Notes: generated from the sequence alone by a model not told the origin. A stretch of DNA of 64,000 nt from Squalus acanthias (GCA_030390025.1 JASTWF010000362.1:372001-436000); one strand, 5' to 3'. Shown: positions 37,756 through 51,040, counted from the first letter of the stretch. A program made the numbers and translations.

Positions 37756-38340
37756 TCGTTCGAAGTGGTTTGGGTGGGGGTTTTCTTATTTGAACCAGAA
37801 GGGAGGTGATGGTGTGTTTGCTGACCCGATAGAGTGACTTCGTACTTGTGTCCACACGAAGCAGGTCGGGCTCAAGCTTTCCCTCACTTCGCCTGCTGTT
37901 AGCGCGCGGTGGTAACGGCCTCGGTGGCCTCACCGCCCCGTCAACGTCAGCCGCCATTTTGAAAGGGGCCTACTGTCGGGTGTCCAAAGCGCCTGCCTGA
38001 TTCAGGAGAAATTAGGGCAGGTGAGGCAGGTTTTAAGGAGCGTTATAAAGGAGGAAAGAGAAGCAGAGAGGCGGAGAGGTTTAGGGGGGGAATTCCAGAG
38101 CTTAGGGCCCAGGCAGCTGAAAGCACGGCCGCCAATGGTGGGGGCGATTATAATAGGGGATGTGCAAGAGGCCAGAATTTGAGGAACACAGAGATCTCGG
38201 AGGGTTGTAGGGCTGGAGGAGATTACAGAAATGTGCGGGGTGGAGGAGAGGAGGAGACGGTGCGGGGGAGGAGGGGAGGAGGTGCGGGGGAGGTGGTGCG
38301 GGGGGTGCGGGGGAGGTGGTGCGGGGGAGATGGTGCGGGG

Positions 38341-38840
38341 NNNNNNNNNNNNNNNNNNNNNNNNNNNNNNNNNNNNNNNNNNNNNNNNNNNNNNNNNNNN
38401 NNNNNNNNNNNNNNNNNNNNNNNNNNNNNNNNNNNNNNNNNNNNNNNNNNNNNNNNNNNNNNNNNNNNNNNNNNNNNNNNNNNNNNNNNNNNNNNNNNNN
38501 NNNNNNNNNNNNNNNNNNNNNNNNNNNNNNNNNNNNNNNNNNNNNNNNNNNNNNNNNNNNNNNNNNNNNNNNNNNNNNNNNNNNNNNNNNNNNNNNNNNN
38601 NNNNNNNNNNNNNNNNNNNNNNNNNNNNNNNNNNNNNNNNNNNNNNNNNNNNNNNNNNNNNNNNNNNNNNNNNNNNNNNNNNNNNNNNNNNNNNNNNNNN
38701 NNNNNNNNNNNNNNNNNNNNNNNNNNNNNNNNNNNNNNNNNNNNNNNNNNNNNNNNNNNNNNNNNNNNNNNNNNNNNNNNNNNNNNNNNNNNNNNNNNNN
38801 NNNNNNNNNNNNNNNNNNNNNNNNNNNNNNNNNNNNNNNN
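38341..38840. other. Assembly gap (500 N)
   Basis: Run of N preceded by a G-rich GGTGCGGGGGA repeat. Confidence 1.
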
Positions 38841-39309
38841 TGATCGGCGCTGCTCCCCCTCCAAGGCCAATATATCCTTCCTGAGGTGCGGGGCCCAGAA
38901 CTGAACGCAGTTACTCCAGATGGGGTCTGACCAGGGCTCCATCCAGCGTTCAACGGTCGGTGGAAGGGGGAGGAACATTCTACCTGAAGCCAGGACCTGT
39001 GCGATGGGTGTGCTGACCCAGGCAGAGGAGTGGAAGTGAAAGGCCATTCTTTAGGCCGTACAGAGGTCACCAGCTATCCCAAGGTGCTGGGAGGTTAAGA
39101 AGCCCACCTCCGATATGATAATGACCCTGAGACCCGAAATGTGGCTGGTGTCAGAGGTCATCTCCGTGACAGCTGGAGGTCACGTTCTCCTCCCGCCCTC
39201 CCCCGCCCCCCACCAATGTACACACTCAAGGGCGGGAGGGCGAGAAGCCAAGACCACGGCATTCAAATCTCTGTTTCCAATAATATGCAGATAACTCGCA
39301 TTGCTGGCA

Positions 39310-40108
39310 CTACAAACAGCACAGAAAGAGGCCATTCGGCCCAACAGGTCTCTGCCGGTGTTTCTGCTCCACACGAGCCTCCTCCCACCCCTCTTCATCT
39401 CACCCCATCAGCATAACCTTCTATTCCTTTCTCCCGCATGTGTTTATCCAGCTTCCCCTTAAATGTATCTCTGCTATTCGCCTCAACCACTCCCTGTGGG
39501 CAGCGAGTTCCACATTCTCACCACTCTCTGGGTAAAGAAGTTTCTCCTGAATTCCCGATTGGATTTATTAGTGACTGTCTTATATTGATGGCCCCTAGTT
39601 CTGGTCTCGCCCACTAATAGCTCTTAGAGTCTGGTTTAGGGGGTCAACCCCCTCAATGAGGAAACAGCACTAAAAACAGTCTTTCGCCAAACCTGCAGGC
39701 CCATGAAATACATCAGGTCAAACCAACTACAACAACAACTTGCATTTATATAGCGCCTGTAACATAGTAAAACGTCCCAAGGCGCTTCACGGGTGCATTA
39801 TGGAGATATTAGGACAGGCGACCAAAAGCTTGGTCAAAGAGGTAGGTTTTAAGGAGCGTCTTAAAGGAGGAGAGAGAGGTAGAGAGGTAGAGAGGTTTAG
39901 GGAGGGAATTCCAGAGCTTAGGGGCCCAGGCAGCTGAAGGCACGGCCGCCAACGGTGGAGCGATGAAATCGGGGATGCTCAAGAGGCCAGAATTGGAGGA
40001 GCGCAGAGATCTCAGGGGGTTGTAGGGGCTGGGGGAGGTTACAGAGATCGGGAGGGGGGCGAGGGCCATGGAGGGATTTGAACACGAGGATGCGAATTTC
40101 AAAATCGA
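39310..40108 (-). mobile_element. Composite of L2 end, unique spacer and CR1 end (copy A)
   Basis: Inverted homologue of 45945-46660. Confidence 0.8.
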
Positions 40109-41289
40109 GGCTTTGCCGGAAATCTTGCTGAAAATCGTCACGGGTACGAGCCGCGGTATTCGGCCGCCTAGACCCAGAATCTGGGGAGCCCGCCTCTGAT
40201 CTTCCTGCTTCGAGGTCACCTCATCTTTCATGTAATGCGGCAAGTTCAGCAACAGCTTAGGGAGGGAATTCCAGAACCTTATTGGCCAGGAGCCGTTTCC
40301 GACAGCAACATCAGACTCAGGAGGCTGCAGCAGAACAGTTACGGTCCTGACCTGCCGCACGGTGAGGTGCCCGAATAAAAGCTTCCTTGCTGCGAATGGG
40401 AGGGTTTGAAAATGAGAGCTAAAGGCTTGCTGCCCAGCCTTACTGAGAACGAGCCAGGGCACTAACGTTACTAAACGGCAGTGCGATGGTAATAAAACTG
40501 AACGGACTCGTGGGGCTGTCCCGGGGAATTAGCGCTGGAGTAAATATCTCGCTCTCCTGAATCCTGCACCGCGCCGTGCCGGCCAGCTAACTGGACAGGA
40601 CAGGACAGGAATAAGCTGGGAATGCACAGCACGTGCGAGGGAGTGAGGATTAAGACGAGTTAAGTTGATTATTGGACTAAGAAGCTCCAAAACCCAACTG
40701 CGCACCTGGCATTTAATTGGACTACGATCGAGAATTAAGGATTAGACGTGTGACCATCAATCTGTGAAAGCGCTTGAAGAGTTTGCTGGCTTCATGCAGA
40801 ACTCGTCAATGTTCTGCTCCGTGGAGAGTTCATTCTGCCTTCGGAACATGTTAAATAATCTGATTTATTTATTGACGGGTGTTTCTCTCTAAATTACAGT
40901 TGAGTAGATATAGTTACAGAAATAGAAAGACTTGCATTTCTATAGCGCCTCGGGACGGCCCAAAGGGCTTTACAGGCCAATGAAGTACTTTTTGAAGTGT
41001 GGTCACTGTTGTAAAGTGGGAAACGGGCCAACCACTGGTACGGTAGCATGGCGGTTATGTTACTGGACTAGTAATTCAAAGGCTTGGACATTAATGATCC
41101 AGAGACATAGCAGCTGGGGAATTTAAATTCAGTTAATTAAATAAATCTGGAATAAAATAAAAAGCTAGTATCAGTAATGGTGACCATGAAACTACCGGAT
41201 TGTCGTAAAAACCCATCTGGCTCACTGATGGGAACCTGGCACGGACTCGATGGGCCACATGGCTTCCTTCTGTGCCGTTATGACTCTGT

Positions 41290-42044
41290 GGGGGCAAAAT
41301 TGGGGCGCTAACTTTGCCAAGGTGCTACTTTTAGCGCCCCGAAAAAGTTAGCACCCCCGCGCCCAGAATTCACTGGTAGCGCACCAAGAGGGAGGAGGGG
41401 CGCTACTGGAAACACCCCGTCTCCCTCTTGGGACGCTGCGAGTGAATATCACGGCGCTACGTGCAGCAGCGCCACGCTCTGCGGCACGCCGCGCCGCGGT
41501 ACTGCAGGCCTTCCTCCCCTTATTAAAGGGGAGGGGCCTAACGCAGCGCGACCCGGGGCCCAGCTGGGCCACCAGGGATCGGGAGTGCCGGCAAAAGAGC
41601 CCGGCACTCAAGAGAAGTGCCGGGCTCACGGAGCGCAGCCGGCACTCCGCGGGGGGGCGGGTCAGGGGGCCGGGAACAGCAACGGGGGCAGGTGCTGGCA
41701 GGCGGCCAGCAACAAAAATGGCTGCCCGGCACCTTCCTTTAATTTGCGCCGCCCCAGCCGCAGGTAGACCCCCTTCACCCTGTCGGACATAGCGTCCGGC
41801 GGTAAGTCAGGGGGCAGTACCGAAGATCGCAGCTGGGGCGCGAGTGGGGCTCTGCGCACAGTGATGACGTCATCGGCGGAGGTGCAGTGCCGCGGGGCGC
41901 TAACATTTACCGCTGCCGCTAACCTCCCGCTGAATTTCGCGGGAGGCGTTAGCAGCGCCGCGCCCAGGCGCTAGTTGCTTTGCGCTCCATTAGCGCCCTC
42001 TTAAGGCGCTAATGGGAGGCGCAAATCAACCGAATTTTTCCCCC
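41290..42044 (-). mobile_element. GC-rich MITE (PIF/Harbinger-like) with subterminal hairpin
   Basis: Imperfect TIRs GGGGGCAAAATTGG and CCGAATTTTTCCCCC, with flanks TGT/TAT (possible 3-bp TSD). It sits in a CR1 tail that itself splits a family-2 SINE. Confidence 0.7.
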
Positions 42045-42279
42045 TATGCCTCTAATGTCCTTTAGGGAAGGAAATCTGCCGTCTTTACCTGGTCTGGCCT
42101 ATATGTGACTCCAGACCTACAGCAACGTGGTTGACTCTTAACTTCCCTCTGAAATGGCCTAGCAAGCCATTCAGTTGTATTCAAGAAAGCAGCTCACCAC
42201 CACCTTCTCAAGGGCAATCAGGGATGGGCAATAAATGCTGGCCTTGCCGGCAATGTCTACATCCCAAGAATGAAAAAAA

Positions 42280-42577
42280 AAATTTGCACACAGCAAGCTC
42301 CCACAAACAGCAATGTGATAACGACCAGATTTAGTGATAACGCCTCTGCTTTTCTTCGAAATGTTGCACATGGGATCTTTTACGTCCACCTAAGAGAGCA
42401 GACGTCCGTTTAACATCTCAACCGAAAGACGGCACCTCCGACAACGCAGCACTCCCTCAGTGCTGCACTGGGAGCGTTAACCTAGATTTTGTGCATCAAG
42501 TCTCTGGAATGGGACTTGAACCCACAACCTGTTGACTCAGTAGGGCGAGTGTGCTACTCACTGAGCCACAGCTGACC
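42280..42577 (-). mobile_element. Deu-SINE (partial)
   Basis: Consensus match. Confidence 0.8.
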
Positions 42578-44314
42578 TCAAGCTTCCATCAGCACTTATA
42601 TACACTAGCGGCTCTCCCATCGTGTTGCTCACAGTCGGTCAGTTCTTTGAGAAATGCAACACTCCACCCACAGTGTATTATACTGCCGCTAAGGTGCAGC
42701 TCTCTTTAACCCGGTATGTCCCTGGTTACAATGTTCATGGGCCTTCATCAGATGTGTTTGTAAGAAAGTCTACCCGCTAGAATCTGATGGACAGGTCTCA
42801 AAGCTTTGATAGATATCAACTGACCTCCCGTGGCAGTGCTCAGGGAGGCTAGCGTACAGAGGCAATGCTTAGCTGCTAACCGGGCCTGGCTCTTTAAGGC
42901 ATCCGCTCGGCTACTTCTGGTGGCGAAAGAGAGAAAGATAGGAAGGAAGAAGGAACTTGCATTTATATAGCGCCTTTCATGACCTCAAAACATCCCAAAG
43001 AGCTTTACAGCCAATAGCCCCCAACTTTTGCAGGCTGACCACTGTTGCAATGTGGGAAACGCGCCAGCCAAATTGCGCACAGCAAGCTCCCACAAACAGC
43101 AATGGGATCAATGACCAGATAATCTGTTATAGGGTCATTGGTTGGAGGTTGGGGGAGTGTGACCGATGGAGCGTGACGTTTTGTAGAGTGATGAGTATTG
43201 CGGAAAGACCGATGACCCGGCAGCATTGGCCATTGTGTTCTGTCGGGGTTTCTTCACCTCACAATGGAATATTTCTGTTTCAGAAATGCAGCACAAGCAT
43301 TTGAACAGCTTCCGCTGATTTTCTCCCCAGGTGGAGGCGAAACATCTCCACGTCGCGGAGCGTTATGTCGCCAGCCCGCGGCCCTTAGAGCGGCGGTTGC
43401 TGCGTTAGCGCAGGTGTGGTCCTTTCACCGCACAGCATGATCCAACACCTTCACCTGTCCGCCCCACTAACACGTCTCAAAGTCACAGCTAATTACCAGC
43501 CAGGTACAATGTCAAGTGATGGCAGATGCTCAGTAAATATTTTATGCCGTTGAATGTTCTTCACACCATGTTTTCGCTTTGAGAAATGTTTAAATTGGTC
43601 TGGGACCAGAGTTATAACAAAACCTGCACTGATCGGAATTGTAATTAGCTTCAAAGCAATACAAACCTGATCCACATTCACAAATTATACTCCATCACTG
43701 GGGTCAATTGAACACCACCTTAATCACGTTGCAGAAACCAACTTTATTAAAAACAAAATTCACGTCCGACATAAGAGAGGAGTGAACCAGCTGTGGCAAT
43801 GCTCATGCTGTGCCTGAGGATACAGGGCTTTCTACAGCATGTCGGCCGTGGCTCACTGCGTAACATGCCCGTTTCTGATTTGTGAAGGTTGTGGGTTCAA
43901 TCCCCACCTTGTAGCAACTCGAGCATGTAATCCAGGCTGACGCTCCCAGTGCAGTGCTGAGAGAATGCTGCACTGTCGGAGGTGCCGTCTTTCAGAGGAG
44001 CCCCGTCTGTCCTCTCGGGTGGAGGTAAAAGATTGTGTGCTCGTGCCTCTTGCAATTACACAGAAGCGAAATAGGCCGTTCAGGCTGGTGCTTATGCTCC
44101 TCCCAAGCCTCTTCCCACCCTTTCTCCTCTGTTTCTCTATTCCACGTTCCCTCCTGTCTGCATTTATATAGCGCCTTTAATGCAGAAAACCGCCCAATAG
44201 ACGCTGCCCAGAAACGTGACCAGACACTGAAGGAGATGTTGGGAGGGGTGACGGGGATTTGAGGGAGGTAGTGCAGATAGACACAAGGTGGCAGGGTACA
44301 ACGTTCCCACTAAG

Positions 44315-44775
44315 AAGAAAGACTTGCATTTCTCTAGCGCCTTTCACAACCACCGGACGTCTCAAAGCGCTTTCCAGCCAATGAAGTACTTTTGAAGTGT
44401 AGTCACTGTTGTAATGTGGGAAACACGGCAGCCAATTTGCGCACAGCAAGCTCCCACAAACAGCAATGTGATAATGATCAGATAATTTGTTATGTTGGTT
44501 GAGGGATAAATATTGGCCAGGACACCGGGGAGAACTCCCCTACTCTTCTTCCAAATAGTGCCGCGGGATCTTTTACATCCACTTGAGAGAGCAGACGGGG
44601 CCTCGGTTTAACGTCTCATCCGAAAGACGGCACCTCCGACAATGCAGCACTCCCTCAGTACTGCACTGGGAGAGTCAGCATAAATTTATGTGCTTAAGTC
44701 TCTGGAGTGGGACTCGAACCCACAACCTTCTGACTCAGAAGCGAGAGTGTGACCCACTGAGCCACGGCTGACACT
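44315..44775 (-). mobile_element. Full-length Deu-SINE, single unit
   Basis: Consensus match from tail to head. Confidence 0.9.
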
Positions 44776-45944
44776 AAGCCTCGCGGCCGTGCAGCGTTAC
44801 GGAGGTCCCACTCAGGCCGCTCACCGGCTTTGATACGGGAGAAACCGCGCAGACGCGAAAATTTTGAAGGAGCCGCGCAGCCACTTACAGGGACCGCACA
44901 CCACAAACAAAATAAGAGGCAATGTTGGCAGGATGTATTCAAATACATTCTACCATTGTAGGTTCAGGAACAGAGTGACTGATAAATCTACAGCTGGCCT
45001 GAAAACATTGTTACTGGTCCTTTCTCTGCCAGTGAGAAGCCACAGACGCTGCCTTTCCATTTTAAGATTTTATGCAGAGTCCGAGGACTCTACACACCAC
45101 GAGCCCTGCAGGTATAATAAATCTGACAGCCAAATGAATATTTGACTTTCATCTCTATATTTATATGTATAATTCTGACATTAGTCAATACTTCCCCGTC
45201 CTCAGAATTAAATCTGTAAATCGTTCCTCTGAGAATGTGTCCAGGATTCTGAGAGCATTCTGACTATTTCCCACAGAATGTTCGCTGCACAGAATCCTCT
45301 CACTCACAGTTCTTGCACAAAAAATAACAACCGCACAATCGCATTTCAGGGGAAGCCATATGAACACATGAGGGAGGAAGGAATAGAAGGTTACACTGAT
45401 GGGGTGAGATGAAGAGGGGTGGGAGGAGGCTGGTGTGGAGCATAAACACCGGCACGGACCAGTTGGGGCCGAATGGCCCGTTTCTGTGCTGTATTTTCTA
45501 TGTAATTCGATGAAAGGATCATTTATTTCAGTTTACTTGGTTGACCCCCGTAACCTTGCCCCGATTTTCCTCTCCCAGGGGGGTCGTCCTGGGAGTTCCT
45601 GGGCTTCCGCAGAGGGGCGTTGGCGTGGTAACGATGGCGGAAAGGCTGGGTACGCTCCTCAGTGTTGCTATGGAGGTAATGACAGAAAATGTGACGGATG
45701 TAAACACTGCGTCACACCTCCCTATTTGGTTATGCCCCCGGCCCCGCCCACCCCTCCCTGTTTGGGTGAGCGTATCCGGCATCCGGCAGAACTGATCCAG
45801 GAGATCATTCCAGGCCAGGAATTGTGCCGAGTCCCAAGGGACGGGACAATGCCCAATTTTTTCCCGTCCGTGTCTGACACCAGAGAAAAACCTAACCCTG
45901 TTTTCTCTTGTTCTCCCTGCAAGGGTTGGAGCTGGGAGGCATTT

Positions 45945-46660
45945 AGATTTAAAAATCCTCATCCTTGTTTTCAAATCCCTCCATGGCCTCGGCCCTCTCT
46001 ATCTCTGTAAGCTCCTCCAGCCCCACAATCCCCCGAGATCTCTGCGCTCCTCTAATTCTGGCCTCTTGTGCATTCCCGATTATAATCGCTCCCCCATTGG
46101 CGGCCGTGCCTTCAGCTGCCTGGGCCCTGAGCTCTGGAATTCCCTCCCTAAACCTCCCCGCCTCTCTCTCCTCTTTTAAGACGCTCCTTAAAACCGACCT
46201 CTTTGACCGAGCTTTTGGTCACCTGTCCTAATATCTCCTTATGTGGCTCGGTGTCAATTTTTTGTTTGATAATCGCTCCTGTGAAGCGCCTTGGGACGTT
46301 TTACTCCGTTAAAAGCGCTATATAAATGCAAGTTGTTGTTGTAGTTGGTTTGACCTGATGTATTTCATGGGCCTGCAGGTTTGCGAAAGATTGTTTTTAG
46401 TGCTGTTTCCTCATTGAGGGGGTTGACCCCTAAACCAGGCTCAAAGAGCTGTTAGTGGGCGAGACCAGAACTCGGGGCCATCAATATAAGACAGTCACTA
46501 ATAAATCCAATCGGGAATTCAGGAGAAACTTCTTTACCCAGAGAGTGGTGAGAATGTGGAACTTGCTACCACAGGGAGTGGTTGAGGCGAATAGTATAGA
46601 TGGATTTAAGGGGAGGTTAGATAAACCCATGAGGGAAAAAGGAAGAGAAGGATATGTAGG
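45945..46660 (+). mobile_element. Composite of L2 end, unique spacer and CR1 end (copy B)
   Basis: Inverted homologue of 39310-40108. Confidence 0.8.
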
Positions 46661-46834
46661 GTGGAGAAAGGAATCGGGGTGGAGGCTGAAAACCAGTGGT
46701 GAGCACTTGCCTTGCGAGGTCCCCGTGGCAAGTTACAATTTGGGGTCCTTACCTTTTACTAGGCAATGACATCAAATATTACCCACTTAATGTGCTGTAA
46801 ACGTATGATCGTGACAAGACGTATTTGCAACAGA

Positions 46835-48665
46835 TAAAACGTTCCAAGGCGCTTCACAGGAGTGTTATAAGACAAAAAATTTGACACCGAGCCACATAAG
46901 GAGAAATTAGGGCAGGTGAGGTAGGTTTTAAGGAGCGTCTTAAAGGAGGAAAGAGAGGTCATAGAGTCATAACGGCACAGAAGGAGGCCATTCGGCCCAT
47001 CGAGTCCATGCTGGCTCTCTGTACAGCAATCCAGTCAGTCCCATTCCCCTAATCTATCACCGTAGCCCTGCAAGTTTATTTCCCTCAAGTGCCTATCCAG
47101 TCTCCCCTTGAAAACATTGAGTGTCTCCGCATCCACCACTTCCGTCGGCAGCGAGTTCCAGGTCCTCACCACTCGCTGCGTAAAAAGGTTTTTCCTCACA
47201 TCCCCCTTGTATCTCTTGCCCAAAACCTTAAATCTGTGTTCCCTAGTCCTTGTACCATCAACTAGTGGGAACAGCCTTTCCCCGTCTAGCCTATCCTTAT
47301 CTGAGGAAGGAGGTTCTTGCCATGGAAGGAGTTCAGCGAAGATTCACCAGGCTGATACCTGGAATGGCAGGAATGACGTATGAGGAGAGATTGGGTCGAT
47401 TGGGCTTATACTTGCTGGAGTTTAGAAGAATGAGAGGGGATCTCATTGAAACTTATAAAATTCTGACAGGACTGGACAGACTAGATGCAGGAAGGATGTT
47501 CCCGATGGTCGGGGAGTCCAGAACCAGGGGTCACAGTCTAAGGATAAGGGGTAAGCCATTTAGGACAGAAATGAGGAGGAATTTCTTCACCCAGAGGGTG
47601 GTGAACCTGTGGAATTCTCTACCACAGAAGGCAGTAGAGGCCAATTCATTAAATATATTCAAGAAGGAGTTGGATATATTTCTTAAGGCAAAAGGGATCA
47701 AGGGATATGGGGAGGAAGCAGGGACAGGGTTCTGAATTTGGATGATCAGCCATGATCTCATTGAATGGCGGAGCAGGCTAGAGGGGCCAAATGGCCTACT
47801 CCTGCTCCTATCTTCTATGTTTCTATGTATCCAAACCCATCATAATCTTGTACACCTCTATCAAATCACCCCTCAACCTCCTTTGCTCTAATGAAAACAA
47901 ATCCAGCTTCTCCAACCTGTCCTTGTAGGTAAGATCCCCCATCCCCGGAACCATTCTGGTAAATCTCCTCTGCACCCTCTCAAGGGCCTTCACATCCTTC
48001 CTAAAGTGTGGTGACCAGAACTGGATGCAATACTCCAGTTGTGGCCTAACCAGCGCTTTATAAAGGTTCAGCATAACTTCTCTACTTTTGTACTCAATAC
48101 CTCTATTTATGAAACCCAAGATCCCATATGCTTTGCTAACCACTCTCTCAATATGTCCTGCTACCTTCAGGGACCTACGCACATTAACTCCCAGGTCCCT
48201 CTGTCCCTGCACACTCTTTAAAACTGTGCCATTAAGTGTATATTGCCTCTCCCTGTTCCTTCTGCCAAAATGCACCACCTCACACTGCTCTGTATTAAAT
48301 TCCATCTGCCACTTGTCTGCCCATTCCGCTAGCCTTTCTATGTCCTGTTGCAGTCGATTGGTATCATCATGACTGTTTGCCACACCCCCAAGTTTGGTGC
48401 CATCGGCAAATTTAGAAATTCGAGGCGGAGAGGTTTAGGCAGGGAATTCCAGAGCTTAGGGCCTAGGCAACAGAAGGCACGGCCACCAATGGTTGAACGA
48501 TTATAATCAGGGATCTTCAAGAGGGAAGAATTAGAGGAGCGCAGATATCTCGGGGGGGGGGGGGGGGGTTGTGGGGCTGGGGAAGGTTACAGAGATAGGG
48601 AGGGGCGAGGCCATGGAGGGATTTGAAAATAAGGATGAGAATTTTGAAATCGAGGCGCTGCTTAA
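46835..48665. mobile_element. Triple nest: L2 (-) containing CR1 (-, ~46959-48421), which contains CR1 (+, 47297-47827)
   Basis: Inner TSD TATCC (47292-47296 and 47828-47832); outer flank GAGG; RT motifs on both strands. Confidence 0.9.
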
Positions 48666-48971
48666 CCGGATAGAAAAATAGTTTTCACCTCTGTCCACCC
48701 GAATTTCACCAGAAAGCCACATATCTGCGCCTGAAACCTGGCCGGCCTCCCATCCCCCACCCTCCGTAAACTTCAGCTCATCGCAAACTCTGCTGCCCCC
48801 CGTGCCCTAACTCGCACCGAGACCCGTTCACCCATCACCCCCTGTGCTCACTGATCTACATTGGCTCCCGGTTCAGCAACGCCTCGATGTTAAAATTCTC
48901 ATCCTTGTTTTCAAATCTGTCCACGATTTTAAAGAACGCATTATACCGTTTACACAAACGCGGATCAGTAA

Positions 48972-49432
48972 AGTGTCAGCCGTGGCTCAGTGGGCGCCAC
49001 CCTCACTTCTGACATCAGAAGGTTGTGGGTTCAAGTCCCACTCCAGGGACTTGAGCACATAAATCTAGGCTGACACTCCCAGTGTCAGTGCTGAGGGAGT
49101 GCAGCACTGTCGGAGGTGCCGTCTTTCGGATGAGACGTTAAACCGAGGCCCCGTCTGCTCTCTCAGGTGGACGTAAAAGATCCCACGGCACTAATTTGGA
49201 AGAAGAGCAGGGGAGTTCTCCCCGGTGTCCTGGGGCCAATATTTATCCTTCAACCAACAGCATTAAACAGATGATCTGGTCATTATCACATTGCTGTTTG
49301 TGGGAGCTTGCTGTGCGTAAATTGGTTGCCACGTTTCCTACATTACAACAGTGACTGCACTTCATTGGCTGCAAAGCGCTTTGGGATGTCCGGTGGTCGT
49401 GAAAGGCGCTATAGAAATGCAAGTCTCTTTCT
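48972..49432 (+). mobile_element. Full-length Deu-SINE, single unit
   Basis: TGGCTCAGTGG A-box, GGTTCAAGTCC B-box, Deu core and tail. Confidence 0.9.
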
Positions 49433-50537
49433 TTAAGGAAGGAAATCTGCTGCCCGTACCCCGGTCTGGGGCTATATGTGACTGCAGTCCCATACCAGCG
49501 TGGCTGACTCTGAACTGCCCCTCTGAAATGGCCCAGCGAGCCACGCTGTGGTATCAAACCTGGTACAAAAGCGCCGCCCACCACCGCCACCTTCTCCGGG
49601 CAACGAGGTGTGGGCAATAAATGCCAGCGACGCCCACATCCCGAGAATGAATAATTTAAATAAAACGAAGGCATGCGGTGAATGAAATAATTCCAGCCTG
49701 GTGTGTGATATCGAACAGCTTGATTTATCTATTTAACCCAGCGTCGTGATTCTTTGAGTCTGCCCGCACCATGAATCTTTGCTGGGAGGTGTGTCTGTGT
49801 ACCAGACGTGTTCTGTCTCTGCCACACTGCTTCAGCCGTGGCAGGTTTTTCAAAGCTCGGGGAGTTTACCCTGGTTAAATATTCCCAACAAGCAATACGT
49901 TAACAAGCAAATAAAGCTCTGCTCCTCTGCACACTCGACTGCACCAGAGGGACTTGCTGTCAGCTCACATAAGACACAAACGGAGAGCTCGCCTGGTTTG
50001 TATTCCTTCAGCTTTTCCTCTCCTCTTATATTATCCGATGACCTGTTTCTAGCCAGACTGTTGAGCTTCGGTGGCAGGCGAGCACGGGAGCAGCGGTCAG
50101 AGCCCTGCCGACATGAAGCTAGAAGGGGTTTGGTGACAGGAGCTGATGTGACTGAGGTCTCCCCCCCGCCGCCCCCCCACCCCCCCATCCTCCCAGGAGG
50201 CTGTGTCTCTCGACAGGGAGCCTTGCTGATCGCACTGTGTTTCAGCTCACCCCCCCACCACCACCCCCTCCCCTCGCACATCCAATCTTTTTTAATACCT
50301 GCTGATCAAATGAGCCGGTGAGAGGACGACGAGGATTGTGCAGAATGCTGTGAGGCTGCGATCAGGACTCCCAAACCTTCCAACACATCTAACTGCTTCG
50401 GAAAGCAGGAAAGTGGACATTTTAAGTTGCTTTCTCACCTCTAGAACATGCCCTCACGAGCGAAACACCCTCTTCAACTATGTATTTATTTACCCTGAAC
50501 AACAAGAAGGCTGCTCACTCTGAGTGCGTTAAAACCA

Positions 50538-51040
50538 TTCTCTCTCTATCTCTCTCTATCTCTATCTCTCTCTCTCTCTATCTCCCTCTCTGTCTATCTA
50601 TCTCTCTCTAAATACCTCCCTTTATCTCTCTCTGTCTGTCTATCTATCTCTCTCTAAATACCTTCCTTTATCTCTCTCTGTCTGTCTATCTATCTCTCTC
50701 TTTAACTATATCTCTCTATCTCTATCTATCTCTCTATCCCCCCGCTCTCTCTCCATAACTCTATTTCCCTGTCTATCTATCTCTCTCTCTATCTCTCTCT
50801 CTCTCTGTCTATCTCTCTATATCCCTCTTTATCAGTTTGTCTATCTATCTCTCTCTCTAACCATCTCTCTATCTATCTCTTTATCCCCTCTCTCCCTATC
50901 TCTATTTTTCTGTCTATCTTTCTGTCCCCCTCTCTCTCCCTATCCCTCTCTCATTCTATCTATCTATCTCTCTCTCTACCTCTCTCTCCCTATCCCTCCA
51001 TCGTTCTATCTCTCTCTCTCTCTCTCGCTACCTCTCTCTC
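50538..51040. repeat. (CT)n/(CTAT)n microsatellite directly upstream of the FIBCD1 start exon
   Basis: ~500-bp pyrimidine-rich simple repeat. Confidence 0.95.

Noticed and set aside
38102..39070. ORFs spanning X residues
   Set aside because: They cross the N gap.
48972..49045. tRNA genes at A-box/B-box motifs
   Set aside because: These are SINE heads that continue into the SINE body, with no proper acceptor stem or terminator.
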